This document shows, in pieces, positions 11,586 through 23,699 of a DNA stretch of 64,000 bases. Position 1 is the stretch's first letter; each line of letters begins with the position of its first letter. A program made the position numbers and the translations under genes. Under the pieces are notes generated by a model. That model had not been told where the DNA came from. It was given only the letters and a program-made list of their open reading frames with translations, and made no database searches. Origin of the DNA: Eledone cirrhosa (taxonomy: Eukaryota); contig OZ024742.1 in assembly GCA_964016885.1 (NCBI GenBank), positions 288,982,001 through 289,046,000 of the forward strand. Reading direction: 5' to 3'.

Positions 11586-11739
11586 CATTGCACAATATGT
11601 TAAATTTACATAATGCTACAATCACCTAGAGTGAGTATATGGAACATAACTTGTGCAAACACAACCGAGGTAGAGCACAATATGTAGAGAATTGTAGTAT
11701 ATATTACAATATATATATAGCTACTATATTTTCATTGCA

Positions 11740-11985
11740 ACCTCCTCTACAACTAATTAGGTCAGCTAGGTAATGGAAGTTGTCAACTGTTTCTATTGAG
11801 ACTTCCCTAGATTGAAAAACATTGGTGTTCTTACTACCAACAACTTCTATGCATCTGCCACATACAAACTCTACCTACAACTTTTCTACATACTGAACAT
11901 GACCACTTCCCTGATGGGATAATGGTCCTATTTTATTTCTTACTTACTAAGACTTTGGTCTTTGCTAGGTTTACTTTGAGCACTT
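11740..11985 (-). mobile_element. Degenerate RTE remnant spanning KTKVLV...GKWSCSVC
   Basis: Reverse complement reads LAKTKVLVSK...PSGKWSCSVCRK. Confidence 0.7.
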
Positions 11986-12368
11986 TTGATTACACACACA
12001 CACACACACACAAAATTAAGGTGTTCACTCCAACATAGCTGTATACATACATGTATGTAAAGTTTGTATATTGGATAATATACGATACGTTTACGAATAA
12101 ACATTTGAAAGCCTTTAGCTATGAATTTTAAAGGTGGTGGCTGGTGCCACCTACTGAGTTCCAGCAGAAGCAAGAAGGAAGTCAACAACAGCTGTTTGTG
12201 TTTTGTGTGGCCGTTGTCAAGGTAACTGTATATATTTAATACACATTTTTCATTGGTAATGGAAGATGTTCTGTGTGCATGTACCATAGATGTGTGTGGA
12301 GAGTGTATTTAAGTAAAAAAGGCCTTGTCAAAAACTGTTATGCTGAACCTCTCTGAAAACTATGTTAA

Positions 12369-12632
12369 CCCTTTAGCATTTACCTATATTTACTATTATA
12401 TTTTCACAGTAAATGCTTTATCTCACATAATTATCTCACATAATATCAAATCTATGAGATTTTGATATTATATATTTTGAGAACAATACCTTAACATCAG
12501 TATGAGTAGCCAGTTATGGATGGTTTGAACAGAAAGAGGTGAGAGAATTCTTTTTATGCTAAAGGGTTAAAGGATTTAAATCCTGTAAATGCTAAAGGGT
12601 TAAAGGGTTTAAATCCTTTAAATACTAAAGGG
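12369..12632. mobile_element. piggyBac-type MITE with a triplicated right end
   Basis: TTAA|CCCTTTAGCATTT ... (ATG/ATA)CTAAAGGG|TTAA; homologous to 41962-42223 and 49041-49261. Confidence 0.8.
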
Positions 12633-12874
12633 TTAACAGTGCACATGTCTGTGTAATGCTCAGCCACAGGTACATTAACTTCATGGTCAGGCTGTTTCAT
12701 TGTTTGAACAAATGAAACACTGCAGATCCAACACAACACACAATGTCCACACTAACCAATCATGATGGCTGTGCTTGATGAGACCAATTAAAACAGTATT
12801 TATTATAAAATATTGACTGGAAAGAGATTAACAGTTTGTCTGGTAATTCATCATTTTAATTAAATCTAGACAAT

Positions 12875-12926
12875 GCTGCTGCTGCTGTTACTGCTGCTAC
12901 TACGATTACTGCTGCTGCTGCTGCTG

Positions 12927-12985
<59 letters not shown>

Positions 12986-13113
12986 GACTGACTAACTGAC
13001 TGACTGAATCGCACGCATGTGTGTGTGTGCGTGTATGCATATGCATATGTATATATATATACATAGAGAGAAAGAGAGATAGATAGGTATAATTCTGACT
13101 GTGGTGCCACGTG

Positions 13114-13162
<49 letters not shown>

Positions 13163-13170
13163 ATGTATGT
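12875..13170. repeat. Microsatellites (GCT)n, (ACT)n, (GACT)n, (TG)n, (TA)n, (TC)n
   Basis: Directly visible. Confidence 0.9.
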
Positions 13171-13309
13171 ATGAGACTCAGTCAGTCAATAGTAATAGTA
13201 ATATTAATTAGGCTGATTCATTTGTCTATTACTCTGGAGTTTCCCCCAAGTAATTAAATAGTAATTAATAATTTTGCTTTCTTTATGATAATAATAATAT
13301 TAATAATAT

Positions 13310-14260
13310 TTTTTTTTCCTTTTGTAAGGTTTCTCTAGCAATCAGTTGCTAGGTAAAGTGTGTTAACTGACCTCAGATCAGTTGCTGATCTCAGAGGCTT
13401 AATACTCGTGTAGGATTCTGGCAGTGCTAGTGTCAGTAGAAATTTGAGCACTACCTATGAAGTCGAGTACATTTCTGTCTCTATATGGTGATCAGTTCTA
13501 ATAGCACCTGTAATATCTGCATACTTATTGATATTTTCCTTTTCAGTCACATTGTGGTCTTGAGGGATCATAATATCAATTAGAGTCCATTTTGGGTGGT
13601 TGTTTGTTTTTACAACACTATCAGGAGTTGGGGTGGGTCGACTTTGTTTGTGGTCCCCAAATAACACTACTCCTTCCCGTGATAGGCAGTATTCAATAAG
13701 GAATATGTTCGTACTACTGACATTGCGTTTCTATGTTGTATTTTTCGCACAACTCCCAATGGATTTTTTTTGCTATAAGATCATGTCACATTTCATAACA
13801 TCTTTTTGCTAATTGTTCACATCTACTAGCAATATGTGCCACAGATTCATTTGATTTATGGCATACTCTGCAGAATGAGGTGCAATTTTGTCCATCAATG
13901 CTAGCTTTCACTCAATTGGTTCTGAGTGCCAGGTCTTGTGCTCTTTTTAACCCAACCTGACCTAAACCAAAGCCAAGACCTAGGATCAGTAATGTCTTTA
14001 ATGGCAGCTGGAAATTTACCATGAGGAACCTTTTCTTTCCATGCCTGTTCTTGTTTCTCTCTAAAGGCTTTGTTGTTTGTTTTCTTACCTTGACCTTCTC
14101 TTATAAAGTCTTCCTTCAGAACTTCTCTGAGTAGTGATTCTTCAGTTAATATTAGATAGTTTCACAAGCTGTTGCACTCACTATGTACACATTGCTCAAC
14201 TCAAATTAATTCTCTCCCATCTTTCTTTCCCTTAAGGTACAGTCTTGTAATATTTGCCCT
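13310..14260 (-). mobile_element. Old degenerate R4/Dong-like LINE 3' fragment
   Basis: Minus-strand remnants ITRLYLKGKKDGRELI and PD..V...LIDIMIPQDHNVTEKE..NKY of a restriction-like endonuclease; AAT/ATT repeats at about 13288-13310. Confidence 0.65.
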
Positions 14261-14308
14261 TGGGTGATAGCACCCACCGCACATAATAATAATAATAATA
14301 ATAATAAT

Positions 14309-15472
14309 ACTGAATACATTCGGAGAGTAAGGAGCGTATTAAAGTCACATCTGAACAGTAGGAATGCCATAAGTGCAGTAAATTCCCAAGCTGTGTCTAT
14401 TATTAGGTACAGTGCGGGAATTCTGAGATGGAATGTTGCTGAACAAAAAGAAATGGATAGGAAGACTAGGAAGCTATTGACTATCTACAACATGTTCCAC
14501 AAGAGGAGTGATGTCGATAGACTCTACTTAAGGAGATCTGAAGGTGGAAGAGATCTTATCAGCATAGAGGATTGTGTTCAGATGGAGAAAAACAACCTAC
14601 ACAAATACGTGACTGATAGTAAGGAGCCAATGCTCAGAATTGTACTGAAGGAGAGGACAATAGACCAGGGGATGTCCAAGGAGGAAATAACAACAAGGAG
14701 AAAGAGCAGCCTTCATGAAAAATCCCTTCATAGCACCTTCTTTGAGAAAACTGAATTCAGAGATCCACAGACATGGAACTGGTTGAAAAGAGGAGACCTT
14801 AAAAAGGCTACAGAAGGAATGATAATGGCTGCGCAAGAGCAGGCCCTCAAAACGAAGTGGTTGAAACACCATATTTACAAGGAGAAGGCTAGCCCACTGT
14901 GCAGGATCTGTGGAGAGAGAGAGGAGACTGTGGCTCACATTGTATCCGAGTGTAAACACATAGCCCAGACTCACTATAAGGGCTGGAGACATGATGTGAT
15001 GGGCAGGGTGATCCACTGGCACCTATGCAAAGTAAACAATTTACCACATTCTGAGAAGTGGTATGGGCATAAGCCAGAGTCGGTGATAGAAAACGATCAG
15101 GTGAAGGTGCTGTGGGATTTTAGGATACAGACGGACAAGAAACTGGAACACAATAGACCTGACCTGGTGGTTTTGAACAAGGAAAAAAGATCGTGCCTGA
15201 TTGTGGATGTGGCCTGCCCATTCGACACGAGAGTGCAAGAGAAGGAGAGGGAGAAAATTAACCGATACCAGGACTTAAAGTGGGAGGTAAAAAGGATTTG
15301 GAACTGCCATGAAGTCAAAGTGGTCCCGATTGTCATAGGCGCATTAGGTACTATCTCAAAAAGTTTCCAGGGATGGTTAAAGAAAATTGGCCCCGCCACG
15401 CTTTTTGGAACGCTTCAAAAGGCATGCTTGCTGGGAACAGCAAGAACCCTCCGATACGTCCTGAATATCTGA
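14309..15472 (+). CDS. C-terminal ORF of the R4/Dong element (post-RT region, CCHC finger, PD-(D/E)xK endonuclease)
   Basis: DRLYLRRSEGGR, CRICGEREETVAHIVSEC, RHD, LWDFRIQTD..HNRPDLVV, IVDVACP, KINRY and VPIVIGALG. The frame is open; the poly-N start in the ORF track comes from flanking microsatellite. Confidence 0.85.
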   Translation, partial: TEYIRRVRSVLKSHLNSRNAISAVNSQAVSIIRYSAGILRWNVAEQKEMDRKTRKLLTIYNMFHKRSDVDRLYLRRSEGGRDLISIEDCVQMEKNNLHKYVTDSKEPMLRIVLKERTIDQGMSKEEITTRRKSSLHEKSLHSTFFEKTEFRDPQTWNWLKRGDLKKATEGMIMAAQEQALKTKWLKHHIYKEKASPLCRICGEREETVAHIVSECKHIAQTHYKGWRHDVMGRVIHWHLCKVNNLPHSEKWYGHKPESVIENDQVKVLWDFRIQTDKKLEHNRPDLVVLNKEKRSCLIVDVACPFDTRVQEKEREKINRYQDLKWEVKRIWNCHEVKVVPIVIGALGTISKSFQGWLKKIGPATLFGTLQKACLLGTARTLRYVLNI

Positions 15473-15555
15473 GGCTGCAGGTAGTGGCTTGATATTCATT
15501 TCAACAAACTTTCCAGTTAACTAACATCAATGACTGAGACTCAAAGAACAATAAC

Positions 15556-15600
<45 letters not shown>
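14309..15600 (+). mobile_element. R4/Dong-clade LINE with restriction-like endonuclease, 5'-truncated, in (TAA)n
   Basis: (AAT)n on both sides (14283-14308 and 15548-15599); short 3' UTR after the stop at 15472. Confidence 0.9.
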
Positions 15601-16029
15601 GGGAGGAATGCGGGACTGTGTCCTGAATATATGTTTTTATCCCGTTAGTAAAATAAGTTGGATTACTTTGAATAAATAATGAATGATTATTCCATACTTT
15701 ATGTACTAAATTTCGTAGCTGTTGATTAAGCAAATATTCTTATATATAATGATTGCTTATTTTAAGATTCACTTCTTTTAAAATGTTCAAATGTCAATAC
15801 TTCCAGTTATGATATAACGGACGCTGTATTATATCGCTTATATAAACGTTCATATATTTGCATCATCTATTTATTAATTTCAAGAACGTCAGTATTCCGT
15901 GTGTCATAATTCTCGATTATCATTGGTTCATAGGTTTCAAACGACTCCGCCCACCTCAACGACGCCAAACTGAAATTAATATGCATAATGCCAATGAGGG
16001 AGTGAGAGGGGAGAGTGTGAACGTTGTGT

Positions 16030-16585
16030 TCAATAACTATTAACATGTGTGCGTGTGTATGTATGTGCGCGTATGTTTATGTGTGTGTGCGTGTGTGCAG
16101 CGTTCCACAGAAAGTAAAAACTATCAACATGTGTGAGTGTGTGCGTGTGTAAGTTTGCGTGTGTGTGCGCGTTTCTATGTGTGTATGTGTGTGGCGTTCC
16201 ACAATCGCCACGCAATTTATCTGTCTGTGTGCCTGTCTGTCAGTCTAACATACACAGAGTTGTGAAGGGAGTAAATAGGGACCTTTCTTTACATTGACGG
16301 ACATCTTTTATATTTATTATTGTGTCATTTTTTATACACTATGTATATGTGTCAGTGTAGAGACATGTGTGTGTGTGATGTGTGTGGAAATAAGAGGGGA
16401 AGGAAAGCAATAACTATTAACATGTGTGCGTGTGTATGTACGTGGCGTTCCACAATCGCCACGCAGTTTATCTGTCTGTGTGCCTGTCTGTCGGTCTAAC
16501 ATACACAAAGTTGTGAAGGGAGTAAATAGGACCTTTCTTTACATTGACGGACATCTTTTATATTTATTATTGTGTCATTTTTTGA
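16030..16585. repeat. Direct duplication upstream of RepHel (about 16030-16330 vs 16408-16585)
   Basis: CAATAACTATTAACATGTGTGCG and GTTCCACAATCGCCACGCA...GACGGACATCTTTTATATTTATTATTGTGTCATTTT each occur twice. Confidence 0.85.
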
Positions 16586-16596
16586 CAATTTGACAA

Positions 16597-19500
16597 TTGC
16601 TCGATAATAGAAGCAATTCGGCTTTATCAAACAGTGAACTACAGCGGCGACGGCGTGCAGCCAGCAATGAAGAAAAACGGGCCGAACAACGCCATCGGGA
16701 CGCCGAACTTCAGAGGCGAAGACGTGCCACCATGAATGACGAGGAGCTGGCTGAACAACGCCAACGAAAAACTGGAGCCAAGCAGCGACAGCGTGCTGCG
16801 ATGGTTGAAGACGAACTGGCTGAGCATCATCAGCAGATTGCCAGAATTCAGCAGCAACGGCGTGCTGCGATGGATGAAGAGGAGCTGGCTGAACAGCGCC
16901 AGCGCAATACAGAAGTTCAGAGAATGTGTCGCCAAAGTGCTCCTCATTCCAGTAAAGAGGCTAGAAGGCGAACGAATGATATTAAAAATGGATCATGGCA
17001 ACCGTGTCATTTTCAGATTGGTGGACGAGCAATCTTTGGAGGCACGAAAAGACGTGGACCACAACGTGCTGTCATAAAGGAGCAGTTCAACTAGAACCCT
17101 TGCGAATGCCAGATGATGAGGAGTCACCAGAGTTAAAAATACTAAGTATGTGGGGTGATCAAGGAGGCGGAGGTAGATTACTGCGCAAATATTCGCGGCA
17201 AATTAACAATTCATTAGCTTTAGCATCACAGAGAGTTAGTGAGATGTTTGAGAGTGGAGCATGGCAACCGAATGTAGTCATTCAAAGCCGTTGGTATCAT
17301 CGTATCGGTAATTTAGAAGTTACCCCAGGAGAGAGGCCTCGATTCGATCAAATTTACGTTAACGATCCAGATTATAGTGAATCGGAGGAGGATATCAGGA
17401 TCGGTTGGATGAAGTTGCCGGGAAATATAACTGAACTTGAATGGCAAAGGTTAAGTGATTTGATCCGTGATTTGCAATCATGGCTTAGACAGTGTAATCC
17501 TTATGTTATGGATTTCATGTTGGTGGTTGAACTGCAAAATGTTCAGTAGCAAACATTGGTGATTAAGGCTGATGCAGTGCCAAGGAATCAACACGAACGG
17601 CGATATAATGCCCCTGAAGGATTTCGTGAAGTTGCTGTGTTGATGGACGATAAGCCTGGATCGAGAGATATCGTCCTCAATCGCAGAGATGGTGGTTTCA
17701 AGACTATCAATGAGTCAAATAGGGCATACGAAAAGGTGAAAATGGATGGAACATGTCTGTTCATTTAGATGATCATGAGAATCAGCATCAACAGGGAGGT
17801 GGAAATAGACACAATAATTCGATTCGCGACTTTTACACGTTCCATTTGAACGAGAGGAATCAACAGAGAAATGCGCTATTTCAAGCCAGCAGATTGTTCC
17901 AGGAATACTGTTGTATGGCATTCGCAAAGATCGAAAATCAAAGGCTAAATTATATAGCTACACATCAGCAACATATCAGAGTTGAATTGTATAATATACA
18001 GGATGCGATAACAGCCGATGATGCCAATTACAAGCAAATTGGTCGACGCATCATTTTGCCATCGTCGTTCATCGGCGGCCCGAGATATATGAACATTCGC
18101 TATCAGGATGCAATGGCTGTTGTCAGAAAGTTTGGAAAGCCAGATTTGTTTATAATGGTTACATGCAATCCTGAATGGACTGATATTAAGGATGCACTTT
18201 TGCCAGGACAACAGCCAAAGGACCGTCCTGATATTGTGGCAAGAGTATTCAAAGGATATCTGAAAAAGATAATGGATGATGTGGAAAAAGAGGGAATCTT
18301 TAGAGGTATAGTTGCTTTTACATACGTAATTGAATTCCAAAAAAGAGGATTGCCACATGCACATTTGCTGATCATTTTACATAGAGATTGCAAATTGAGA
18401 TGTGCTGAGGATGTCGACAGCATTGTGTGTGCTGAACTGCCGGAGAATGAGGCACTACGCAACTTGGTGGCAAAGTCAATGGTGCACAACCAATGCGGAG
18501 TGGCAAATCAGAAAGCGCCTTGCATGAAAAATGACCACGAACACTTCCTGGAACGATGGGGATGCTCATCCCTCATACAGAAGACGGTCGCCTGCAGATG
18601 GCGGTTTGGTCGAAAATGTAAACGGTCGACAAGTTACAAAACAATGGGTTGTGCCATACAATCCATATTTGATTATGAAATATCGTTGTCATATTAATGT
18701 GGAAATTTGTAGCTCAGTGAAAGCTTGCAAATATCTATTGAAATATGTTTACAAAGGTCATGATCGGGCAATGATCAATGTCAGGAATGAGGAAGCGAAC
18801 CAAGGAGATGAAGTTGGCAGGTTCCAGGATGTTCGCTCGATTGGATCTTGCGAAGCTTGCTGGAGATTGTTCGATTTTGATCTCAATGAACGCAAACCCA
18901 GCGTTCAGAAACTGATGGTTCACTTAGAGAATAGGCAAATGGTTTGTTTTCAGGACGCTAGAAGAAGTGTCGAAAGAATTGCTGAGGTACCATCTCCTAA
19001 GACGGAATTGACTGAGTGGTTCAAGCATAATAGGGAACATGCTTTGAACCTGGATCAAAGGCAACTCTACTGCGATTTCCCTTCGCACTATACGTGGGAT
19101 AAGAAGAGAAAGAAATGGAATGATAGAAAACAAAAGTTGAGATTCATGACTATTGGACGGGTTTGTAATGTCCATCCAGCATCTGGTGATGTGTTTTATC
19201 TCCAAATTCTGTTGCATAATGATTTTTCGAGAGGTAAACAGAGCTTCGCTGATTTGAAAACAATCAATGGCGTGGAATATGAAACATACCAGGCTGTGTG
19301 TCAGCATCTGGGACTCCTTCAGGATGACGCTGAATGGAATAACGCCATGGAAGCTGCAGGAACAACACAGATACCAGCTCAAATAAGGCAGTTGTTTGTC
19401 ACGATTCTAGGATTCTGCAATCCTGCCGATCCAAGAGAGTTATTTGAACGCCATTGGGGAATTATGGCTGATGATTTTAGGCACCATCTTCAGGTCGATG

Positions 19501-21092
19501 ATGAACATTTGATGAAAGCTATTGTTTTGCTCAATATTGAGCAACTGCTTGAAGTTCATTTCAAATGTTTAACAGATTTCAATTTGCCAATTCTTGATGA
19601 AGAAATGCGGCAACATGTCTTAGCATTGAACATGAGATTGCAGCTTAGACGGTTGCCACTCGATCGGAGGGAACTATTCCAGTTTGATCCACTGGAACAG
19701 CAACGTATTGTGGATGAACATATGCTAATGTTGACCCAATCTCAGAGAGAATTGGTCGATGACGTTCTCCACTCGATTTCCACTAATGAGCAGCTTTGTG
19801 CTTTCATAGATGCTCCAGGAGGCACCGGAAAGACATTCTGTTTCAACACTATGTTATCGGCAGTCAGAGCTCAGAGGAAGATTGCTCTCCCTGTGGCCAC
19901 CAGTGGGATCGCTGCCACTTTGCTGAGTGGTGGAAGGACCTTCCACTCATGCTTCAAGGCTCCATTGGCTCCGGATGACTTGAGTGTCTGTAACATTACA
20001 GGACAAAGTGAACTTGCGGGCCTTATACGCAATACATCTCTGATTATTTGGGACGAGGCTCCAATGGCACACAGATATTTGCTGGAAGCATTGGACAGAA
20101 CTTTGAGAGATATCTGCGGTAGTGACCTGCCATTCGGTGGTAAGACTATCGTTCTTGGTGGCGATTTCAGACAGGTGCTACCAATTGTTAGGAATGCTCA
20201 AAGAGCGCAAATTGTCGATGCATGTCTGAAAAAGTCCCCGTTGTGGCGCCATTTCAGAGTTTTGCGATTACACGATAATATGCGACTACGTATGTTCGGG
20301 CAAAACGAAGAGGCTGAGACATACGGCCGATGGTTGATGCAGTTGGGAAACGATGAAATGCCACACGTTGGTGATAATCAGGCTGTAAGAATCCCAGACC
20401 ATTTGGTCATGCCACTGGACCGCCAAGCATTGACTGACTGGGTGTTCCCTAATTTGAATGCTTTTTGGCAGAATATCTCCTGGATATCGGAACGCGTTAT
20501 TCTAACTCATATGAATGCAACGGTCGATGAAATAAATTCACAAGTAGCCGGAATGTTTCCTGGAGAGGAATGGTTGACCGTCAGTGCGGATGCAATGGAG
20601 CCTAATCAGCAGAACAATATGGATGTTCCGACTGAGTATCTGAATTCACTTCAAATACCCGGATTTCCCCCACATATTTTGAGGTTGAAAAAGGGTATGC
20701 CGATTATATTGCTTAGAAATATCAATCATAAATTGGGTCTTTGCAATGGTACCAGATTGATTGTTGAGAGATTGATTAACGGAAGAGTTTTAGAAGCTAA
20801 ACTCCCAGGCAGAGAGGAATCGGTTCTCATTCCGAGGATCATGCTGAGACCAAGTGAAGATCTGCTGCCATTCATTTGGCAAAGGAGACAGTTTCCCGTC
20901 AATTTGGCCTTCTCCATGACTGTCAACAAGGCACAGGGACAGACTTTCAAGCGAGTCGGTGTCTACTTGACTGATCCAGCATTCAGCCATGGGCAACTGT
21001 ATGTTGCTGCATCTCGAGTGTGCGATCCTGATGGTATAAAATTTGCAATTGATACCAGTAACAGAGGAACAACCCTGAATATTGTTTTATGA
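16597..21092 (+). pseudogene. Helitron RepHel (HUH/Y2 Rep plus PIF1-family helicase), disrupted
   Basis: ILPSSFIGGPRYM, LFIMVTCNPEW, EFQKRGLPHAH, VVPYNP, KYLLKYVYKG; APGGTGKT, DEAPM, GGDFRQVLP, LRNI..LCNGTRL, RQFP..AFSMTVNKAQGQT, FSHGQLYVAASRV. Lesions near 17010, 17547 (TAG), 17740 and 18530. Confidence 0.95.
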
Positions 21093-21711
21093 TGAAGCTT
21101 TGAGCTGATGTATGCATATCTTTAATGCTATCAATAAGCGACGTAAATGATTCGGACATTGGTGTCCTTTGATCAGTATTGTGAGTTTTGACAGAGTTAT
21201 CATTTATGTTCAATGTCATTTAATGTCATTATGAGCAATAAAAACAAACAAGTATTGGTAAAAATTGCTTTCACTGCTATGTTGCGCAATAAATACCAAC
21301 AAGTATTGGTAGAAATTGCCTTCAAATTTATCGCTTCTGATTGCAGTGGTAATAAAACCTCATCATATGCTGAGTCTGGCAAAAAGTTTGGTGCCTATGG
21401 CCGGCCAGGGCTAGAGTAATATTGAAAAACGATTCTATTTTCGAAGTAGAAGGATCCGCCATTTGGAGTTCAAACCAGGCCACCTCCCCGAGTTGAACTC
21501 TGGGCAATATTGACTGTCTATTACTCAGTGGCTAAGAGCCTGGAAATTACTGAATAAATTTTTGTGTCATATAATTTGTTGTTTTATTATTATAGCTGAC
21601 CACTTATAGATAAGCATGTTATCCATATCCATATTAATTTGGCATTTGTATAAACCATTTCAAGTAAATAGGGACCTTTTTTACATTGACGGACATCTTT
21701 TATATTAATTA

Positions 21712-22070
21712 TCTATATCTATATCTACATATAATATAAAGGATTGGAACTTCCATCATCCTTTTGAGAAACGTGGAACAACCACGTCTATGCAATGATA
21801 CACGTTTTACTGTCAGGCAGAAGATGAACCATCTCCTAGAGGTCACTATTCTAGGTGGGAGCACATAGAACTGTTCATATACTATGCACAAACGGTACAA
21901 CGAAGAATCTGGTATATCTGGAAGATTTTCTTTACTGATTTTGGTATCACACAGACACCACGGACTCGCCTCATACTGTAACCAGACAAACAGCCAATAC
22001 AGTCATTTTCTCTTTTACCTGTCTTCTCTTATCATCTGTTTACCCGGGCGAAGCTGGGTACGTCAGCTAG
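21712..22070 (+). mobile_element. Short non-autonomous Helitron unit
   Basis: A|TCTATATCTATATCTACATATAATATAAA start, subterminal hairpin at 22041-22060, and CTAG|T end. Confidence 0.75.
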
Positions 22071-22361
22071 TTATATCATAATGTTTATATTTCCATCGCT
22101 AATTTTCTCCTTTTTCGTTTTCATTAAATTTCACCATTATGCAGTTTATATATAATATCATCTTTTTTAAATGTATCATGGATTACTTTACTGATTACAG
22201 AAGAGAGTGTAACACAGTCTCTCTTCAGTTTATGTGCATATTGTCAATTACAATTTTATTTGCCGTATCATATCTATATGTATATATACTTGCGTATAAT
22301 ATCAATATGCACACTAAACATACCAGTAGAAAACCACCCAAATGGTGGTTTTTCTGCTAGT

Positions 22362-22600
22362 AATAATAATAATAACAATAATAATAATAATAATGGTTTC
22401 TGATTTAGGTACAAGGCCAGCAATTTTGGGAGAGGGGAAAGTTGATTAAATCGACTCAAGTGTGTTACTGGTACTTCATTTTATCGACCATGTAAGGATG
22501 AAAGGCAAAGCTAACCTTGGCAGGATTTGAACTCAGAATGTAAAAAGCTATAACTCTATGTCTTGAAATATATTGTCCGATGCTCTACCAATACTGCTAA
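22362..22600 (-). mobile_element. tRNA-derived SINE with (ATT)n tail
   Basis: Reverse complement has B-box GAGTTCAAATCC, core TTTGCCTTTCATCC...GTCGATAAAAT and GCTGGCCTTGT. Confidence 0.85.
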
Positions 22601-22802
22601 TACTAATAATAATTTCCTTAATGATGTAGTTATTTCCCATCATTAAGGAAACCACAAGTCTGATGGGCTATTGATTCCAGTATCAGGCACAATCAATACT
22701 GTTGCAACGAGCTAATCGATCGCAAAATGCATGTCACACTTGAATAAACATATTGATGATATTTTGATACTTCGTTCCTACTCATTATTATCATTATTAT
22801 TA

Positions 22803-22996
22803 AAGGGCGGTGGATTGGCAGTATCGGTAGAGGGTCGGACGCCATGCTTTCCAGCATTGTTACGTCTCTTTACGATCTGAGTTCAAATCCCGCCGAGGTT
22901 AACTTTGCCTTTCATCCTTACGGGGTCGATAAAATAAAGTACCAGTAATGAACTGGTTAATTGCTGGCCTTGTGCCTAAAGTAGAAACAATTATTA

Positions 22997-23030
<34 letters not shown>
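22803..23030 (+). mobile_element. tRNA-derived SINE with (ATT)n tail
   Basis: A-box-like TGGCAGTATCGG, B-box GAGTTCAAATCC, core GCCTTTCATCCTTACGGGGTCGATAAAATAAAGTACCAG, ATT tail. Confidence 0.9.
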
Positions 23031-23033
<3 letters not shown>

Positions 23034-23056
23034 TTTTATATATATCAATATATATA

Positions 23057-23390
23057 TCATCATCATCATCATCACTGTTTTATGTCTATTCTTCCATGAT
23101 AGCATGGGTTAGACGGGTTTTCCTGTTGTGGGCAGTGTCCGGTTGGCTGACCGTGTCTCGTTCACATTGGAACTGATTCTGGCTTGATTTCTACAGCTGG
23201 ATGCCCTTCCTAACACCAACCTCATTTACAGTGAGTGCTGGGTGCTTTGTTTCCGTGGCACCTACATGACCACTTTACAGTGTGGGCTGGGTGCTTTTTT
23301 GCTGTGGCACCTCCACGACCACATATTGTCTATATGCTTCAGCTTCGGCTTGTACCCTTGGGAGGTCAGGTCTTGCAGGAAGTTTGGCTA
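23057..23390 (-). mobile_element. RTE 3' UTR copy (second subfamily)
   Basis: (CAT)n tail, GGATGCCCTTCCTAACACCAACC motif, similar to 30233-30630. Confidence 0.8.
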
Positions 23391-23699
23391 AATATAGCCC
23401 TAATATTATTCATCATGTTCTATATACCTACCATGCACATTTTACTACTTTACCACCTTCTGTTATTTATACACGATTTGTTATTGATGCTGTGAAAATT
23501 AAACCCCCACGATTCGAACTAACAATCTCTACCTTTAGTATAGGCCACTTAAATAACGAATCTACAACTCTATTTAGCACCACATAAAAACTATCATCAT
23601 CACTAAATTAATCAAACGAAAATGTTTATCTGTCAAATAATAAAAAAAATAAAAAGTAAATCTCCGGTGTATTGCTAGAATACCTACAACACAGTGGAT

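Larger units (their letters stand above)
15735..22070 (+). mobile_element. Helitron (canonical Rep/helicase type); 5' boundary uncertain
   Basis: Contains the Rep-helicase pseudogene. The nearest canonical 3' end is the hairpin TACCCGG-GCGAAG-CTGGGTA followed by CTAG|T at 22067-22071. Confidence 0.75.

Noticed and set aside
12134-12221. Plus-strand exon candidate (AAAG|GTGG...CAAG|GTAACT)
   Set aside because: No recognisable peptide and no partner exons; the signals could be chance.
18531-21092. Cellular PIF1 helicase gene
   Set aside because: It is intronless, fused to a Helitron HUH Rep, disabled, and followed by a Helitron terminus.
22803-22895. tRNA genes at SINE heads
   Set aside because: A/B boxes run into the SINE core and tail in multiple dispersed copies.
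23500-23570. tRNA gene on the minus strand (GTTCGAATC B-box)
   Set aside because: No convincing cloverleaf or acceptor stem; at most a decayed SINE head.
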